From Vicugna vicugna (Eukaryota): a DNA stretch of 46,310 nucleotides. The stretch's first letter is position 1; each line of letters begins with the position of its first letter. The stretch spans positions 336,704 to 383,013 of the forward strand of contig MU057615.1 in NCBI GenBank assembly GCA_013265495.1. The letters run 5' to 3'. The translations under genes and the position numbers were made by a program. Below are positions 1-12,504 of the stretch, one piece after another. The notes below the pieces were generated by a model. That model ran no database searches. It saw only the letters and a list, made by a program, of their open reading frames with translations, and was not told the origin of the DNA.

Positions 1-445
1 CCATTTTGAGTTGATTTTTGTATATGGTGTAAGGGTGTGTTCTAGCTTCATTGTTTTACATGCTGCTGTCCAGTTTTCCCAACACCATTTGCTGAAGAGA
101 CTGTCTTTATTCCATTGTATATTCTTGCCTCCTTTGTCGAAGATGAGTTGACCAAAAGTTTGTGGGTTCATTTCTGGGCTCTCTATTCTGTTCCATTGGT
201 CTATATGTCTGTTTTGGTACCAATACCATGCTGTCTTGATGACTGTAGCTCTATAGTATTGTCTGAAGTCTGGGAGAGTTATTCCTCCAGCCTCTTTCTT
301 TCTCTTCAGTAATGCTTTAGCAATTCTAGGTCTTTGATGGTTCCATATAAATTTTATTATGGTTTGTTCTAGATCTGTGAACTATGTCCTGGGTAATTGG
401 ATAGGGGTTGCATTAAATCTGTAGATTGCCTTGGGCAGTGTGACC
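1..445 (-). mobile_element. Young 5'-truncated LINE-1, ORF2 C-terminal part, continuing beyond the window start
   Basis: The minus strand reads [42 protein letters not shown]...[39 protein letters not shown]...[11 protein letters not shown]...KINSKW, which is typical L1 ORF2. It has a single stop and no frameshift. Confidence 0.95.
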
Positions 446-780
446 GGTTGTTGCAGCCTTCTTGCTGCAGGAATGCTTTGTTCTTGCAGCCATCCATGTG
501 GGCCAGGTCATGGTGTCCCTGTAAGCTTCCAACAAAACAAAAGTTACTCTCTATTTTGCAAATTGCCATCTCTACATAGTGCAGAAGTGCTGAAATCCTT
601 AAAGGTCAGAGCCTCAGAGAACAGGCTCTCCTGTCTATTTCAGGCTAAAGGCAACATTGTTTCACAAAAGGAGCAGAGTTGGCAAGACTGAGCCTGGAAG
701 GCAGAGCACAGTGGTCAGAATTAAAGGAACAGATCCAATGTGGGGTCAGATTTGTTCTTCTCTATTACACCCCCCTTTTC
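446..780 (-). mobile_element. ERV1-type LTR fragment with adjacent polypurine tract, interrupted by the L1
   Basis: Ends ...acagatccaatgtggggtcagatttgttcttctctattaca (769), similar to the terminus of the LTR at 45738-46246. It is followed by ccccccttttc, which on the minus strand is the PPT GAAAAGGGGGG abutting TGTAAT. Confidence 0.75.
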
Positions 781-1289
781 AATATCTCTCACTTTCCTGA
801 AATAAAATCTGTAAGTAATATAATTGACTTACACACAGAAACTTTAAAACCTAGCCTATGGCTCTCTTACATGAAGGGAAAACAAGAAAGTAATTTAAAT
901 AAAATATTAGGTATTTCACTTTGTGTGTAACTGGTATGGCTTTGTAAGAAGGCACAAGAAAGAGACATGTCTGTATAGCTGGATCTCTTTGTAAACAGTA
1001 GCAATGACTCAGGCGTCCTGACCTTGTGGCTCAGACACTACAAGTAACTTGTACTCAGTGATGTGACTTGTCAAAAAGATGACTAATTCTTGGTTAATTT
1101 CACTTGCAATTGAAACAAAATCTTCACTGTTTATACATCAGCTGTATTTCTGAAAAAGTCATTGTGTATTATCACTGTACACAAATAAGTTTTGAGTGTA
1201 TAGATTAGTTAGACAAATAGTTTTGCATGTTTTTTATTTTTGACCTGCATACACGGCCTCTGAGCATATAAAAGTTGTGCAGGAGGCAA

Positions 1290-1410
1290 GACAACTGTTC
1301 CCTGCACTGAAGTATGTCCAGCATCTGTTTTCCCCTCCTATAAATTAGCACTGCTGCCTCCGTCATTGTGACAACCACATATTTCTAAACATTCCCTTGA
1401 GGTGGCCCTA
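1290..1410. mobile_element. Old hAT-Charlie MITE remnant (MER20-like)
   Basis: cattgtgacaaccacatatttctaaacattcccttgaggtggc resembles the recalled MER20-family core; highly diverged. Confidence 0.4.
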
Positions 1411-2260
1411 TCTAGCTCTCTGCCTGCTCTAACAGTAAGACTGCTTACATGCATCCTGTGCCTGCACACACACGCACACCCCTACACACATGCACTCATG
1501 CGCACCCATTAGAAAACAAATAAAAATTCTTTTACAGCAGCTCTTCTCATGCGTTGTTTAGGCCAGCAGTTTCTCAAATTATGTATCTTTCATAGGTCTT
1601 TCAAATAGACTCAGAACACCCCTGAATAATAAAACCCAGTTCATCTGTTTAATGCTAATCTTTTAGCACCTTTATGCATTTATCATCTCTAAGAGGGGAG
1701 GAGAAGGGGTACCACGTCCAAAATGTATCTGTGACAGACACATAGCCATCTTCCTTCCTCTTCTTGCTAACCTCTCATCCTCATTCTGATAGTCTACTGC
1801 AAAAGGTGCCTTCTGCACCAGGAAGTGACAAAAAGTAACACTTTGGGAGCTGTAGTCTTTCAAACAAAGCTCTGCCTCTGCATATTGTGTCAGAACACTG
1901 CAGCTTGCAGACATGCTCAAGCTCAGGGCTATACCCTCCTCCTGCTCAGGGCAGCACGCCTTACTGCCGGCGCTTCAGGGGAGGGCTAGAGCAGTGCACG
2001 GAGTTCAGTCAGTAAAAGCCCAGCTTTATCACTTTTCCCACCTGGACCAAACCATCCTACAAAGCTTTAATGGTGAAATCTAACCTAATAAAAACATTTA
2101 ATTTTTCAAAGTTAAGACAATAAATCACATAAAAATAGGAAAATGTAGAAATGTTTACATGTCTTGCTTTTAGATAGGAAGAAAACAATTTTGTTATTTT
2201 GATATTCCTACATTTTGCCCAAGATGAATCAGATAATCTGGTTTAAAATAGTGAAAAACA

Positions 2261-2314
2261 ATATATATACATATATACATATATATACATATATACATAT
2301 ATATATATATACAC

Positions 2315-2347
<33 letters not shown>
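2261..2347. repeat. Compound (TA)n/(TACATA)n microsatellite
   Basis: Directly visible tract of about 87 bp of TA units interrupted by CA. Confidence 0.95.
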
Positions 2348-2658
2348 GGTTATGTGGGCCCTACTTTAGAATGATGAGTTTGTTTGCATGAGTTGTACAG
2401 AAAAAGGACCCTTAGGGCAATGTTGCACAACAATGGGGGTTGACCCTGAGAATGTTTAACACCTGAATAGCAGAGTCACGCTGTAATTATCAACTCGAGG
2501 TGAAGTTTGTGTGAAGTTCTATTTGAAAGAATTGAATGTCATCAAAGATTTGCCACAATCCTTCAGTGGAAAGTGAGAACCTCCCTCGAGATGTTCGAAG
2601 GTGCTGGTGACTGATTTTGTACTTTTTTGATATCTGGACATATAATTTTTAAAATACT

Positions 2659-3121
2659 TGTTGACTGTAATAAACAACGCAGCCTAAAAGTTGAGACTTA
2701 TGTTTTATTTGGCGGGAGGACTTGAGCCAGGATCACAGCCCTTCAGATGGCTCTGAGGGACTGCTCCGAAGAAGTAGGGGAGGAGCTAGGATATATAGAA
2801 GCTTTACAACAAAGAACAGGTAGTGGGAACAATAAAAGATTACTTGTTAACTAAGAAAAACCAGGCATCTCAAGTTCAAGAATTTAGCGCTTTTCTATGT
2901 ATGGGAGGAAGCAAACATTTGACAAGCACCTAGCTATCTAGGGCCAGTGTCCTGTCCTTTCTTATTCTGAGTCCCCTCAGAGGGTGCAACTGTGAGTGCC
3001 TGTAGAGGCCGATCTGTAGGCTTGTCTTCACAGAGGGGTGACTGGCAGCCGCTGATGACTTGATGGCTTCAGCATTCTTTGTTTACTGATATGATATGGT
3101 TTGCAGTATTTTTCATTCACA
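2659..3121 (-). mobile_element. Complete solo ERV1 LTR, MER41-like artiodactyl family
   Basis: TG...CA termini with a perfect 4-bp TSD TACT (2655-2658 and 3122-3125). AATAAA lies on the minus strand at ~2704-2709. The body (ctctgagggactgctcc...ggaggagctaggatatatag) resembles MER41-type LTRs. Confidence 0.88.
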
Positions 3122-3489
3122 TACTCAAAACATTTGAAATACCATTTTGCAAAATCACCCTGCTATCAGGCATTTTGCAATAGAGATAACCCAAATGGAT
3201 ATCTGGTTCGTAAATGGAGATTCTGGTAAAGTTCTGCGTTCTCTATGAGGAAAAACATAGCTATTTTCAGGCATGCACATTTGAGGGTGGATTTTCACAG
3301 GCTTGACAAAAAACATGCATTTTACAACTGCCTTTCTTTCTGTCATTCTTTTAATTTTTAATCCACTGCAAATGCTTCCTCAAAATATGAAAATGTGTAA
3401 GTTGTTCGTATACTCCAGAGTATAAGTAGACATTTAATCCGATCAGTACCTTTGCAATTTCGCCAAATCTTTCATTTTATATGCATAAT

Positions 3490-4238
3490 GGCAACAATCT
3501 TAATCTTTTTTCCCTGCAACTTTGTTCACTTTAGCCAATACCTCCTCATTTCCCCCACCCAGCCAGCTCCTAGTAGCCATCATTCTACTCTCTGCTTCTA
3601 TGAGTTTGATTTTTTTTTAATTCCATGTATAAGTCATATCATACAGTATTTGTGTATCCCTATCTGGCTTAGTTCACTTAGCATAATGCCCTCCACATTC
3701 GTTTATGTTGTCATAAATGGCAGAATTTCCTTCTTTCTTGTGGCTTACATATAATGGAGTGTTATTATATTATATGTAAAGTATATATGTGATTGATATA
3801 TATATATCACATCTTTAAAAAAAATCTATTCATCCGTCAGCGGACACTTAGGTTGTTACCACATCTTGTCTATTGTGAATAACGTTGCAATGAACATGGG
3901 TGTGCAGATATCTCGGGGTCCTAATTTCACTTCCCTTAAACACATACCCAGTAGTGGGATTATTGGATAAGGTAGTTCTATTTGTGGTTTCTGAGGAAGA
4001 TCCATGTTGTTTTCTACAGTAGTTGCACCAAGTTGCATTGCCATTGAAAGTGCTCAAGGGTTCCCTTTCCTCCACATCCTCACCAGCACTTATTCTCACT
4101 TACTTTCTTGTCAGCAGCTGTTCTGACAGGTGTGAGGTGATGACTCGTTGTGGTTTTGATTTGCGCTGCCTTGGTGATGAGTGCTGTTGAGCACCTTTTC
4201 ACATACCTGTTGGCCATGTGGACTTCTTTTGAGAAACA
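3490..4238 (-). mobile_element. LINE-1 3' end (L1MA-type), 5'-truncated
   Basis: Typical antisense L1 3' UTR/ORF2-end motifs: cattctactctctgcttctatgagttt, tggcttagttcacttagcataatg, ctgacaggtgtgaggtga, gagcaccttttcacatacctgttggcca. Confidence 0.88.
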
Positions 4239-5712
4239 TCAGTCTCCACCTTAGCCTTCCCCGGCCCTTCCCCTTTGCACCTGTTCTTCCTTCTCCACTA
4301 TGCCATCTATTTCTTGGCCATGTCTGTGTGCTTTCCTACGTGGCTCTGTCTTGAGTCTCCAGAGTTCTTCAGTGTATTTCAGAGTCTATACTGGAAGTGA
4401 CAGTTCCACAGAGGTCGCTGCCGTGCTGAACAAGCTCATGCTCAAGAAGTGAGAAGGAAAAAATGCTGAAGGGGTCAATTTGGGGATGTACTTTTGTTTA
4501 TGCAGTGCCAGAGTGTCCATCTTTAAGATGAGTGGGTTTTTTGTACGCCTTTATTTGTTTTCACAAGAATGACACACCCTTTCCTTGAGCACTTTAGAAA
4601 GAGTAAGCACATGAGGGATGACATGGACATAAACAGGTTCTGTGGTCTGTCCCGGCGCCTGCACAGAGATGGGGGAGCTGTGTCACAAGCACACGCCTTA
4701 CCTAGACGTTTGCAGCGCTCTCTTGGGGGTCTTTATACCTGGTATTTTGATACAGGAAAACTGAGTACTGGGTTTCTAATAACTTTGCTTCTAAATTGAA
4801 GAATTTTGTGGAAAGGTAATTGATCACATCCGTGACATGGTGTTAACATTTCTCAAGCAGAGGGAATGACATGATCCAAGGGTACAGGGATTCTGGGGGC
4901 TCGGTCAGGCTGCCACCATGCAAACACCAAGGGCTGCTGATGTCACTGCATTTCTCTGCTGCTGGGAGGACACAGAAAGGGGAGACCCACACCTCAGACT
5001 GCTGCTCCCCTACCCAGAGCACACAGACCACGGCGGCCAAGGCCCCATTGTACTGCAGTCTGTATCGCATCCCTCCATTCCTGTGAGGCAGTCGGTAGCA
5101 AACCAGCTTTGTTCACATTTGGAAAAGTGCATTTTTGCCTCTTGCAAAGCAGCTTCCACATCAACATATACATATGTTGACGAAGTGGAAAATTGCACAA
5201 AGTAACCCCTGCAGGACGCATTAATGAGTTCACCCAAGTCTATACTGAATCTCACATAAACCATGACACCTGCAATGTTACATGGCCGTTATTCATCTTT
5301 TCTTTCTGCCTTCAGGCTGCTAGCTCTGACTGCCTCCTTTAACGTCAGTCAGTGCAGGCATCGTTCCCACTAACTGCGGCAGCTCAAGGTAGCTCAGTAG
5401 CCATTTTCCATTATCAGTTTAATAATGCTCTGCCTGAGACCTGACACTGTTTAAAGAGAATTTGCTTTTCATTGGAGCCTTTCCCCCTGGCTAGACTCTT
5501 ACATTTTTAAGGTCCCATAAGGTAACAAATTGCTGATATTCCTGGTTATCACCATTATCTGGGCAGGCAGAACATGGAGTTGATAAACAGTCTAAGGGAA
5601 GTAAACCAGTGTAAGTGGCTATAGAACTTTCTAGTATGTGTAGGCACAGTGTATGCATGGGAATATGTATCTGTGTGGTGTGTGGGGGTGGGTCGTGGAT
5701 GTGTGGTGTATC

Positions 5713-6361
5713 TGTGGTGCCAGTGGTGACTAGGTTCTTTTCCCAACACAGAAATAATTCAGAGACAGGACCTGGACATTAAGAAAGTTAAGTGGGGACT
5801 TACTAAGGGATGGATAGTACGCTCTCAAGGGGAGAGCGGGCAGGCTCAGGTGAGCGGCCGCCCTGAGTTTCTTTGGCAAGTTGATTACATAAGGTGTAAA
5901 AATAAATGGGCCAAACATTCACTGAGGAGGGAAGGGTTTGAGGTCATATTCCCTGATTTTCACCCCAACTCCACCTTCCCAAAGGGAGGAGGGGTTTTTG
6001 TCCTCATTTAGTCTGGATTAGAAGTGTCACAGCACTGATGCATGATGGGTACTTCTAATCTGCAAGGCTAATTTTATTGAAATGAGGGCATAATGAGCAA
6101 AAGGTTACATTTGGACACTGGAGATTCCTGCCTTTTCCCACCTTTCTTTGTCAGCCCCCAGGCCACCTGTCACCCCAGTGTATCTAACCACTTATCAGCC
6201 CAGAGGTTCCTGCTTTTCTGTCTCCGCCCAGGGATGTCTGTTGCTAATGTGATGTATGGCTTCCTGTATTTGGCCTGTGACCCTCCTTCCTGCCCAGTTC
6301 TTGCCATTTGGCCTGTGTCCCCCTTTCTCTGCTTATCTCTAGCTATCTGCCTGCTCTGACA
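5713..6361 (-). mobile_element. Solo LTR, probably ERV1 class
   Basis: Begins TG at 5713 or 5715 and ends ctgcctgctctgaCA. The direct repeat ATCTG is at 5710-5714 and 6362-6366. Both terminal segments are shared with the element at 44402-44877. The strand is inferred. Confidence 0.75.
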
Positions 6362-6594
6362 ATCTGAGGGCGCTATGTATTCTGATTTCAGACCATTAAC
6401 AAAGCTTCCAGGCTCTGGGACTCTGGGGCTCTCTCAGGGGACCTTATTGGGTACAGCCTGGCAGAGGAAGCAAAGGCAGGGCTGGTGACAAGGTGCTTTT
6501 TTCTCTATCATGAACTTCCAGAAAAGTGTAGAAACTATACCTGAATCCGCACTTCGGGGTTCTTGCCTCTTGACACCCACTGCCTATCAGTCTC

Positions 6595-7076
6595 TGTATT
6601 AGTTAAGATTCTCCAGGGAAACAGAGTCAACTGATTAAAAATGATTTTTATTATGGCAATTGGCTCATAGTGATTATGGAGGCTGGAAAGCCCTGTGATC
6701 TGCCATCTGTAAGTGGAAGATCCAGGAGAACTTGTGTACTTCAGTCTGAGTCTGAAGGCCTGAGGGCCAGGTGAGCTGATGATGCAAATCCCAGTTCAAG
6801 TGCAGGAGAAGATTAAATGCCACGTCTCAGCTCATGCAGTAAGGCAGGAAAAAAGGTGTGAATTCTTCCTTCTTCTGCTTTTTTGTTCTGCTCAGGCCTT
6901 CAAGGTGCAATGTTGCCCACCATCCTCAGGAAAGGTAATCTTCTTTACTTTGTCCACTGATTCAAACACTAATCTCATCTAAGAACATCCTCACAGACAC
7001 ACCCAGAAATAATGTTTTAACAGCTATTTGGGTATCCTTTAGCCCAGGCAGGTTGACACATAAAATTAACCATCAT
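6595..7076 (-). mobile_element. MLT2 (ERVL) 3' LTR
   Basis: tgtattagtt...ttctccagggaaacagag at one end, and ctcacagacacacccagaaataatgttt...gttgacacataaaattaaccatca (reverse complement of the MLT2 start) at the other. Confidence 0.9.
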
Positions 7077-8230
7077 GAATCTTCCCCTTGACAACTTGAC
7101 ACCTATGCATACCACTTTTAACCATACTTAATCTCCAAATGAAGACAATAATAAGGCCATAATGCGAACATGATAAAGCTGTCCTCCGTCCAACTGAAAT
7201 CACACTAACTCCTTCTGCAGAAGAGGAGACAGATGTCCCGGAGTGATGTTTACTCTTCTCCTCGATGTCTTGTAACTTAAATATTATGTTGCAAGGTTAA
7301 CAATACTTAAATACTATGATACAGTCAATGTGTCTTACGTTACATAAGGGAGAAAGAGGAGAAAACATATTTGCTCCACACACAAATACGCTCATAACAA
7401 AATAAGGAGGAATAAGGAGGAATACTCATGACAGTCACAGTTCCTGTTTCTGTAGCTGTGTTCATAGCCGGTTTTTATAACTACCCTCTTCTACATATTC
7501 CATGTTTCCTTTGCCTTCAGCAAGCACGTAAGCTGAGTATGGTTCTTTGGCTGGTGGAGTGACCCAAAACTTCTTTCCTGAAGTGTCTGGACTATTACTA
7601 GTCTTGCCAGAGTTGGATGGTTATAGTTTTCCATTGACCTCAACCACAGAGCACGGCAATGCTGACATGGCCTAAAGGATCTGACATGCTCTTGTATTCC
7701 AGTCATATCTTCCTTAACTCCGCTGTGGAGTAGTGTCATCCGATTTCTCCTCAACAGTCAGAATCAATTACTCCAGCCAGCACAGTAACACCCTTCCTTG
7801 CCTGTTGGTTTAGAGGAACCCAAAGTGGCTGGGTGGCCATCTAAACCTCCAGTTCAGTGGAGTCATATGTATCTCCTAGTAGAAGCTAAGATCTCCTAGG
7901 TCTGTAGAGCATAAAGTCATGAGAACAAGAAGCACAAATTCTGCTAGTGGGTCAGTAAAGGCAATGATGTTTTGTACTGCTCCCATCTCCATCCTTTGAT
8001 TCTTGAAGCTGTACATCTTGACTATCACAGAAATAGCACAGTTTATTGGATGATGAATCAAAGCATATGCAGTTTCCTAGAGAGCCTTATCTTGGCCCTG
8101 AAAGGTATTGCCACCTAGCTGGCACTGCACCTGGGTCTTCAAAATGTCATTCCACCATTTACTAAGCCAGTGGAACATGGGGAGACCAATGAATTCAAAG
8201 AGCATGGGTGCTTTTTCACACTTCTTTTGC
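7077..8230 (-). mobile_element. ERVL internal remnant: PPT, dUTPase and integrase C-terminal region, degenerate
   Basis: PPT (cttcccctt) adjacent to the LTR. Minus-strand fragments NQRMEMGAVQNIIAFTDPLAEFVLLVLMTLCSTDL and LLHSGVKE resemble ERVL pol/dUTPase. 8075-8170 resembles the integrase segment WNGLLKxQLQxQLGxNTLQG. Confidence 0.85.
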
Positions 8231-8849
8231 CAGCACATGCTGGACACTGGCCTGGGGCACCAAAAGTATCTGCAGTGACCCAGGCAGCACCCTCAGGACA
8301 AATGCAGACAATGACCAGTCCACTGGAAGGCAGCTTTTAGGAGAAATGTCTCTCCTATTCTTCAAATGCAACTAAATGATTCATAATATGATAGTGCTTC
8401 ATCCTCGTGAATCATATTGACATTCATGCTGTTCATCGTCATTATAATTTGGAGGAAAGCACCACAGGGGCCATTTAATAATATTTTTTGACAGTGACGT
8501 GTATTTGTCTAGCCAGTTCTCACCCTGATTGAAATAGTTGAAATGGTTTAATTTACTCCAGCCCTGTTACTGGAATTGCAATCCTCTTTCCCTGAAATTG
8601 TATCCCCAGCCACATGCTTATCAAGTCTTGAGAGGTATTCCACAGCTGTCTCAGGATTTGAAGAAATGCAAGTTCCATCTCATTATCTGTCTGGGAAACA
8701 ATCAACATCAGAGACTGGGTGGCAATAAAACGTGCTTCCGGGGAATCTCTGCGAACTGAGCAGCACTCTCTCTTCTCATGCCTCTGACAAAAAAATTAAA
8801 GGAAAATAATCTAAGTTTATTTTCTAGAAGTTATTTCTTTTTTTTTTTT

Positions 8850-8990
8850 CCTTTTTACCTTTTGACCCCCTTCATCCATTTCTCTCACCCTTTACCCCCA
8901 ACCTCTGGCAACTACCAGTCTGTTCTCTATCTATGAGCTTGGTTTTGCTTTACTTTGTTTATGTTCCACATATAAGAGGTTTTGTCTTTC
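8850..8990 (-). mobile_element. Short LINE-1 3' UTR fragment
   Basis: cttttgacccccttcatccatttctctcaccc...ctctggcaactaccagtctgttctctatctatgagctt...ttccacatataag, preceded by a T-run. Confidence 0.75.
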
Positions 8991-10339
8991 TCAGAGTTTA
9001 TTTCTGTGTGAACTAAATAGATGAAAATTGCTGCATGTAATCTACAGTGGAGGATGCACTGATGAGCGGCTATGCTGCCCACATTCTTTTAGAGGCTTTC
9101 TTGGTTCACGTGGCTCTGGAACACGGGAGAGTGGCTCTCCAGGACTCCCCCATCTCTGCATATTTCCGCCCCCTCCTCGAGTCCAGTGCTCACACCATCC
9201 TCTGCATGTTCTCGCTCGAGTCTACTCATGTCCTCTCCTTTTCTTTTCTTCCTTCTGTACCGTTTCCTAAACATATGTCCTCTACCCAGCACACATTCAT
9301 GAAGCTCAACGCTATTGTTCCCTAGTCTCTGTCTCAACAATTTTAGATTTACTATGGGATGGCCACTGAAAATATGTCAGTATGAAAACATGAAAGAGGA
9401 CTGTTCTCATTCAGAAAATGCTGTTCTCCCAGTGAGACAAAGATGTCTTCAGAGCCAGTCCCCACACAGTAGTGACTGTTTTCCTTTTGCCCCAGTCTCA
9501 CATCCTCACATCTGCTGAGCCCCTGGAACATCAGGGAACACACGTGACCTCTGAGCCAAGGACAGCCTGTGCACCTCATGTGACACAGACAACGTGAGAG
9601 TTTTCCAAAAGGAAGGGAAAGCCCCTTCGAAAGGTGTTGTCAAACAAAGGATGTCATCTTCCACAAAAAGAAAATAGAGAACAAATTATAATCAGCATAA
9701 TAAAAGCTGAACAATCAGGGTGGGGTCACTTGAACACGGCTCTCTGGAAAGTCCTTTGCAATGTCATGGATGCAAGTGCCCTTGAAACTGTAATGAAATT
9801 TCTCAGACTCATATGCATTATTTTCAGAGTTCTTCTCTCTCACTTCCTGCTAGTAAGTATAATTTTTTATTTTTATCAAAGCACGACACTTGCATGTTTC
9901 TGCATTTATTTCTATTTTTTTCTGATTTGGAGGGACTGAGAGAGATGTAACGATGGCTAACTGGATCACAGGGAGTCCAAAAATCTCTGAATGAGGGTCC
10001 ATTCCATGGAACTGGACCATGCACTGTTACTGTAATTAGTCAGAGACCATATGTCTGGAGTTGCCGCTACATCCAAGAAGATTTGAGCTTCCCACCTAAA
10101 CACTGACTTTAGGACAAATTTAGGTGTTATAATAGTATTGGATACATTCAGGTATTATTACGTTATTATAATTAGGAAAGCCTTCAATATGTTACCATTG
10201 CTAATATTTTGCCTACAATTTCCTTACATAGAATGTTTCATCTTATTTATTTTAGTTTCTGGTTTTTCATTATTATGCTCTTAGGTAGACACAGACCAAA
10301 AACAGCACTTCAAGGTGACTTTCGGTGCTAAGTCGCATG

Positions 10340-10920
10340 CTGCAATAATTTTTTAAATGTCTAGAGTAAAGGAAAAACATTGCACCCCCTCCTCATGGCT
10401 CCCACATTCTTTCTTGGTGCTGAGCCGTGGGAGCACACATTGTCCTTGTCCCACACGTGTATATTTGTTCAGGCAGACATACATACACACATATGCACAT
10501 GCACACTTTGTGTGTTTTAACTAAGATGAACACATCCTCAGCCTACATCCTGGGTCTTGCACAAAGCACTGTGGGCGTCCTTCCAAGACACTGCATATTG
10601 GGCTGCTCGTTCCATTTTAAATGGCTGTGCAGTAATCAAGAATGTGGATGAAGCATAATTTCTTCCACCATTCAAGTGGTTTAAAAATAGCATGGCAATA
10701 AACATTTCTGTGTATCTATTTGTTTTTATTTTATGACTATTATTTTTATTACTATTATTCTTCCTGGCACTGTATTTCTGTCATATAAATTCACAAGTCA
10801 AAATTTACAGTTACTACTTCAACAAATAGTGCTACATTTCATTCCGTGATTTAATATTAATAGTGTACAAGTGACTCCTTTTTCCCCGTTTTTGTCAGCA
10901 TTGGATGTTATGGTGTCTGT
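10340..10920 (-). mobile_element. Ancient L1 (L1ME-like) 3' remnant
   Basis: Degenerate motifs such as cattttaaatggctgtgcagtaatc, tgtggatgaagcataattt and gcaataaacatttctgtgtat. Confidence 0.45.
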
Positions 10921-11825
10921 TGTAATGAATTTCCTTAAAATGTATATATATACACACATACATAATCTCCTATCTCATGAGAACAGTGAATCTCAATTGG
11001 TTGTGTTTTTATTTCCCTGACTCTTGGGTTAATCTGATCATTTTCTGCCATGTTTACTGACCAGGTGCTGCCACCCCAGCCATTCCTAGTAATTCTCCCC
11101 CTTCCTGTTCTGCCCTTTCCTTTCTGTCTTTCTTGCTCTTTTTGAAGCTCACTGAGCCTGCCCTGCTCACATTCTTGATATTTGTTGTCCTTCAAGGTTT
11201 TCCCCAGTGCCTTCCTCACTCCTTTGGTTTTCTAGTCAGATTCCAGGCCCACCTGTCACTCCCAATCCCCTCACCCTCCTTGCCTCTCTCTAAACTTACG
11301 TCTCATCCTCCATTGAATATAAGCCCAGGAAAGCAAAGACCTGCCACATTCCCTATTGTTTCCATAATACTTTGAGTAGAATCAACAAATAAACCAAAAC
11401 TCTTGAGTTTTGAAGAAAACTAAGTAAAAGAGACAAACCCCAACAGATATTATATAACCCCCCCAAATATCTAGAATTATGAAAGAAAATAGAAATATCC
11501 TTATTTAAAAATCATAAAAGAAGTACCTGAGAAATTTAGAGCAATGTATTTTAAAATGGAGGAAATATGTATGATTTTCTAGAAAAGAATAAATGCCCAA
11601 AATTAATCCAAGAATCAGAAAACACTAAAGGAATAAATAACTGGAGAAAAAGAAATCAAATGCTTTATTAAGAGCAACTGCATTTTTTAAGTGTTAGAAT
11701 CCAGAAACAAAAGTGAATACATTAATTTTTTTACCTAAATTACAAAAAACAAGGGAAATTAATTGCTGATGTCAGAAGTCAGAATGTTAGTTACAGTTTA
11801 AACATGGGAGCAATTAAAACAGGGG

Positions 11826-12494
11826 CTACTAGAATTACTATATGATCCAGCAATCCCACTCCTGGGCATATATCCAGAGAAAACTCTAATTTGAAAATAT
11901 ACATGCACCCCAATTTTTATAACGATACTATTTACAATAGCCAAGACATGGAACAAACCCAAATGTCCATTGACAGATGATTGGATAAAGAAGATGTTAT
12001 GTATATATACACAATGGAATACTACTCAGCCATGATAAAGAATGAAATAATTTGCAGCAACATGGTTGGACGTAGAGATTCTCATACTAAGTGAAGCAAG
12101 TCAGACAGAGAAATACAAATATGATGTCACTTATATGTGGAATCTAAAATATGACCCAAATGAACTTATTCACAAAACAGATAGACTCACAGACATAGAA
12201 AGCAAACTTTTGGTTATGAAAGGGGAAAAAGGGGGAGGGATAAATTAGGAATTTGGAGTTCGCAGATACAAACTACTATATACAAAATAAATGAACAGCA
12301 AGGTCCTACTGTGTAGCACAGGAAAATACATTCAGTAGTTTGTAATAACCTAAAATGAAAAATAATATGAAAATAATATAAATATGTATACCTGAATCAC
12401 TATGCTGTACATGAGAAACTAACACAACATTGTAACTTGACTTCAATTTTAAAAAAAGAAAAAAAAACCACAAATAAGACAAACAAAACAAAAC
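11826..12494 (+). mobile_element. 5'-truncated LINE-1 3' end with A-rich tail, artiodactyl-type
   Basis: Runs from tatgatccagcaatcccactcctgggcatatatcc through the 3' UTR to a poly(A)/(AAAAC)n tail. Candidate TSD AAAACAG[G/A]GG at 11816-11825 and 12495-12504. Confidence 0.93.
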
Positions 12495-12504
12495 AAAACA
12501 GAGG

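Noticed and set aside
4843..5264. Cluster of overlapping short ORFs on both strands
   Set aside because: No recognisable protein similarity; expected by chance in locally GC-richer DNA.
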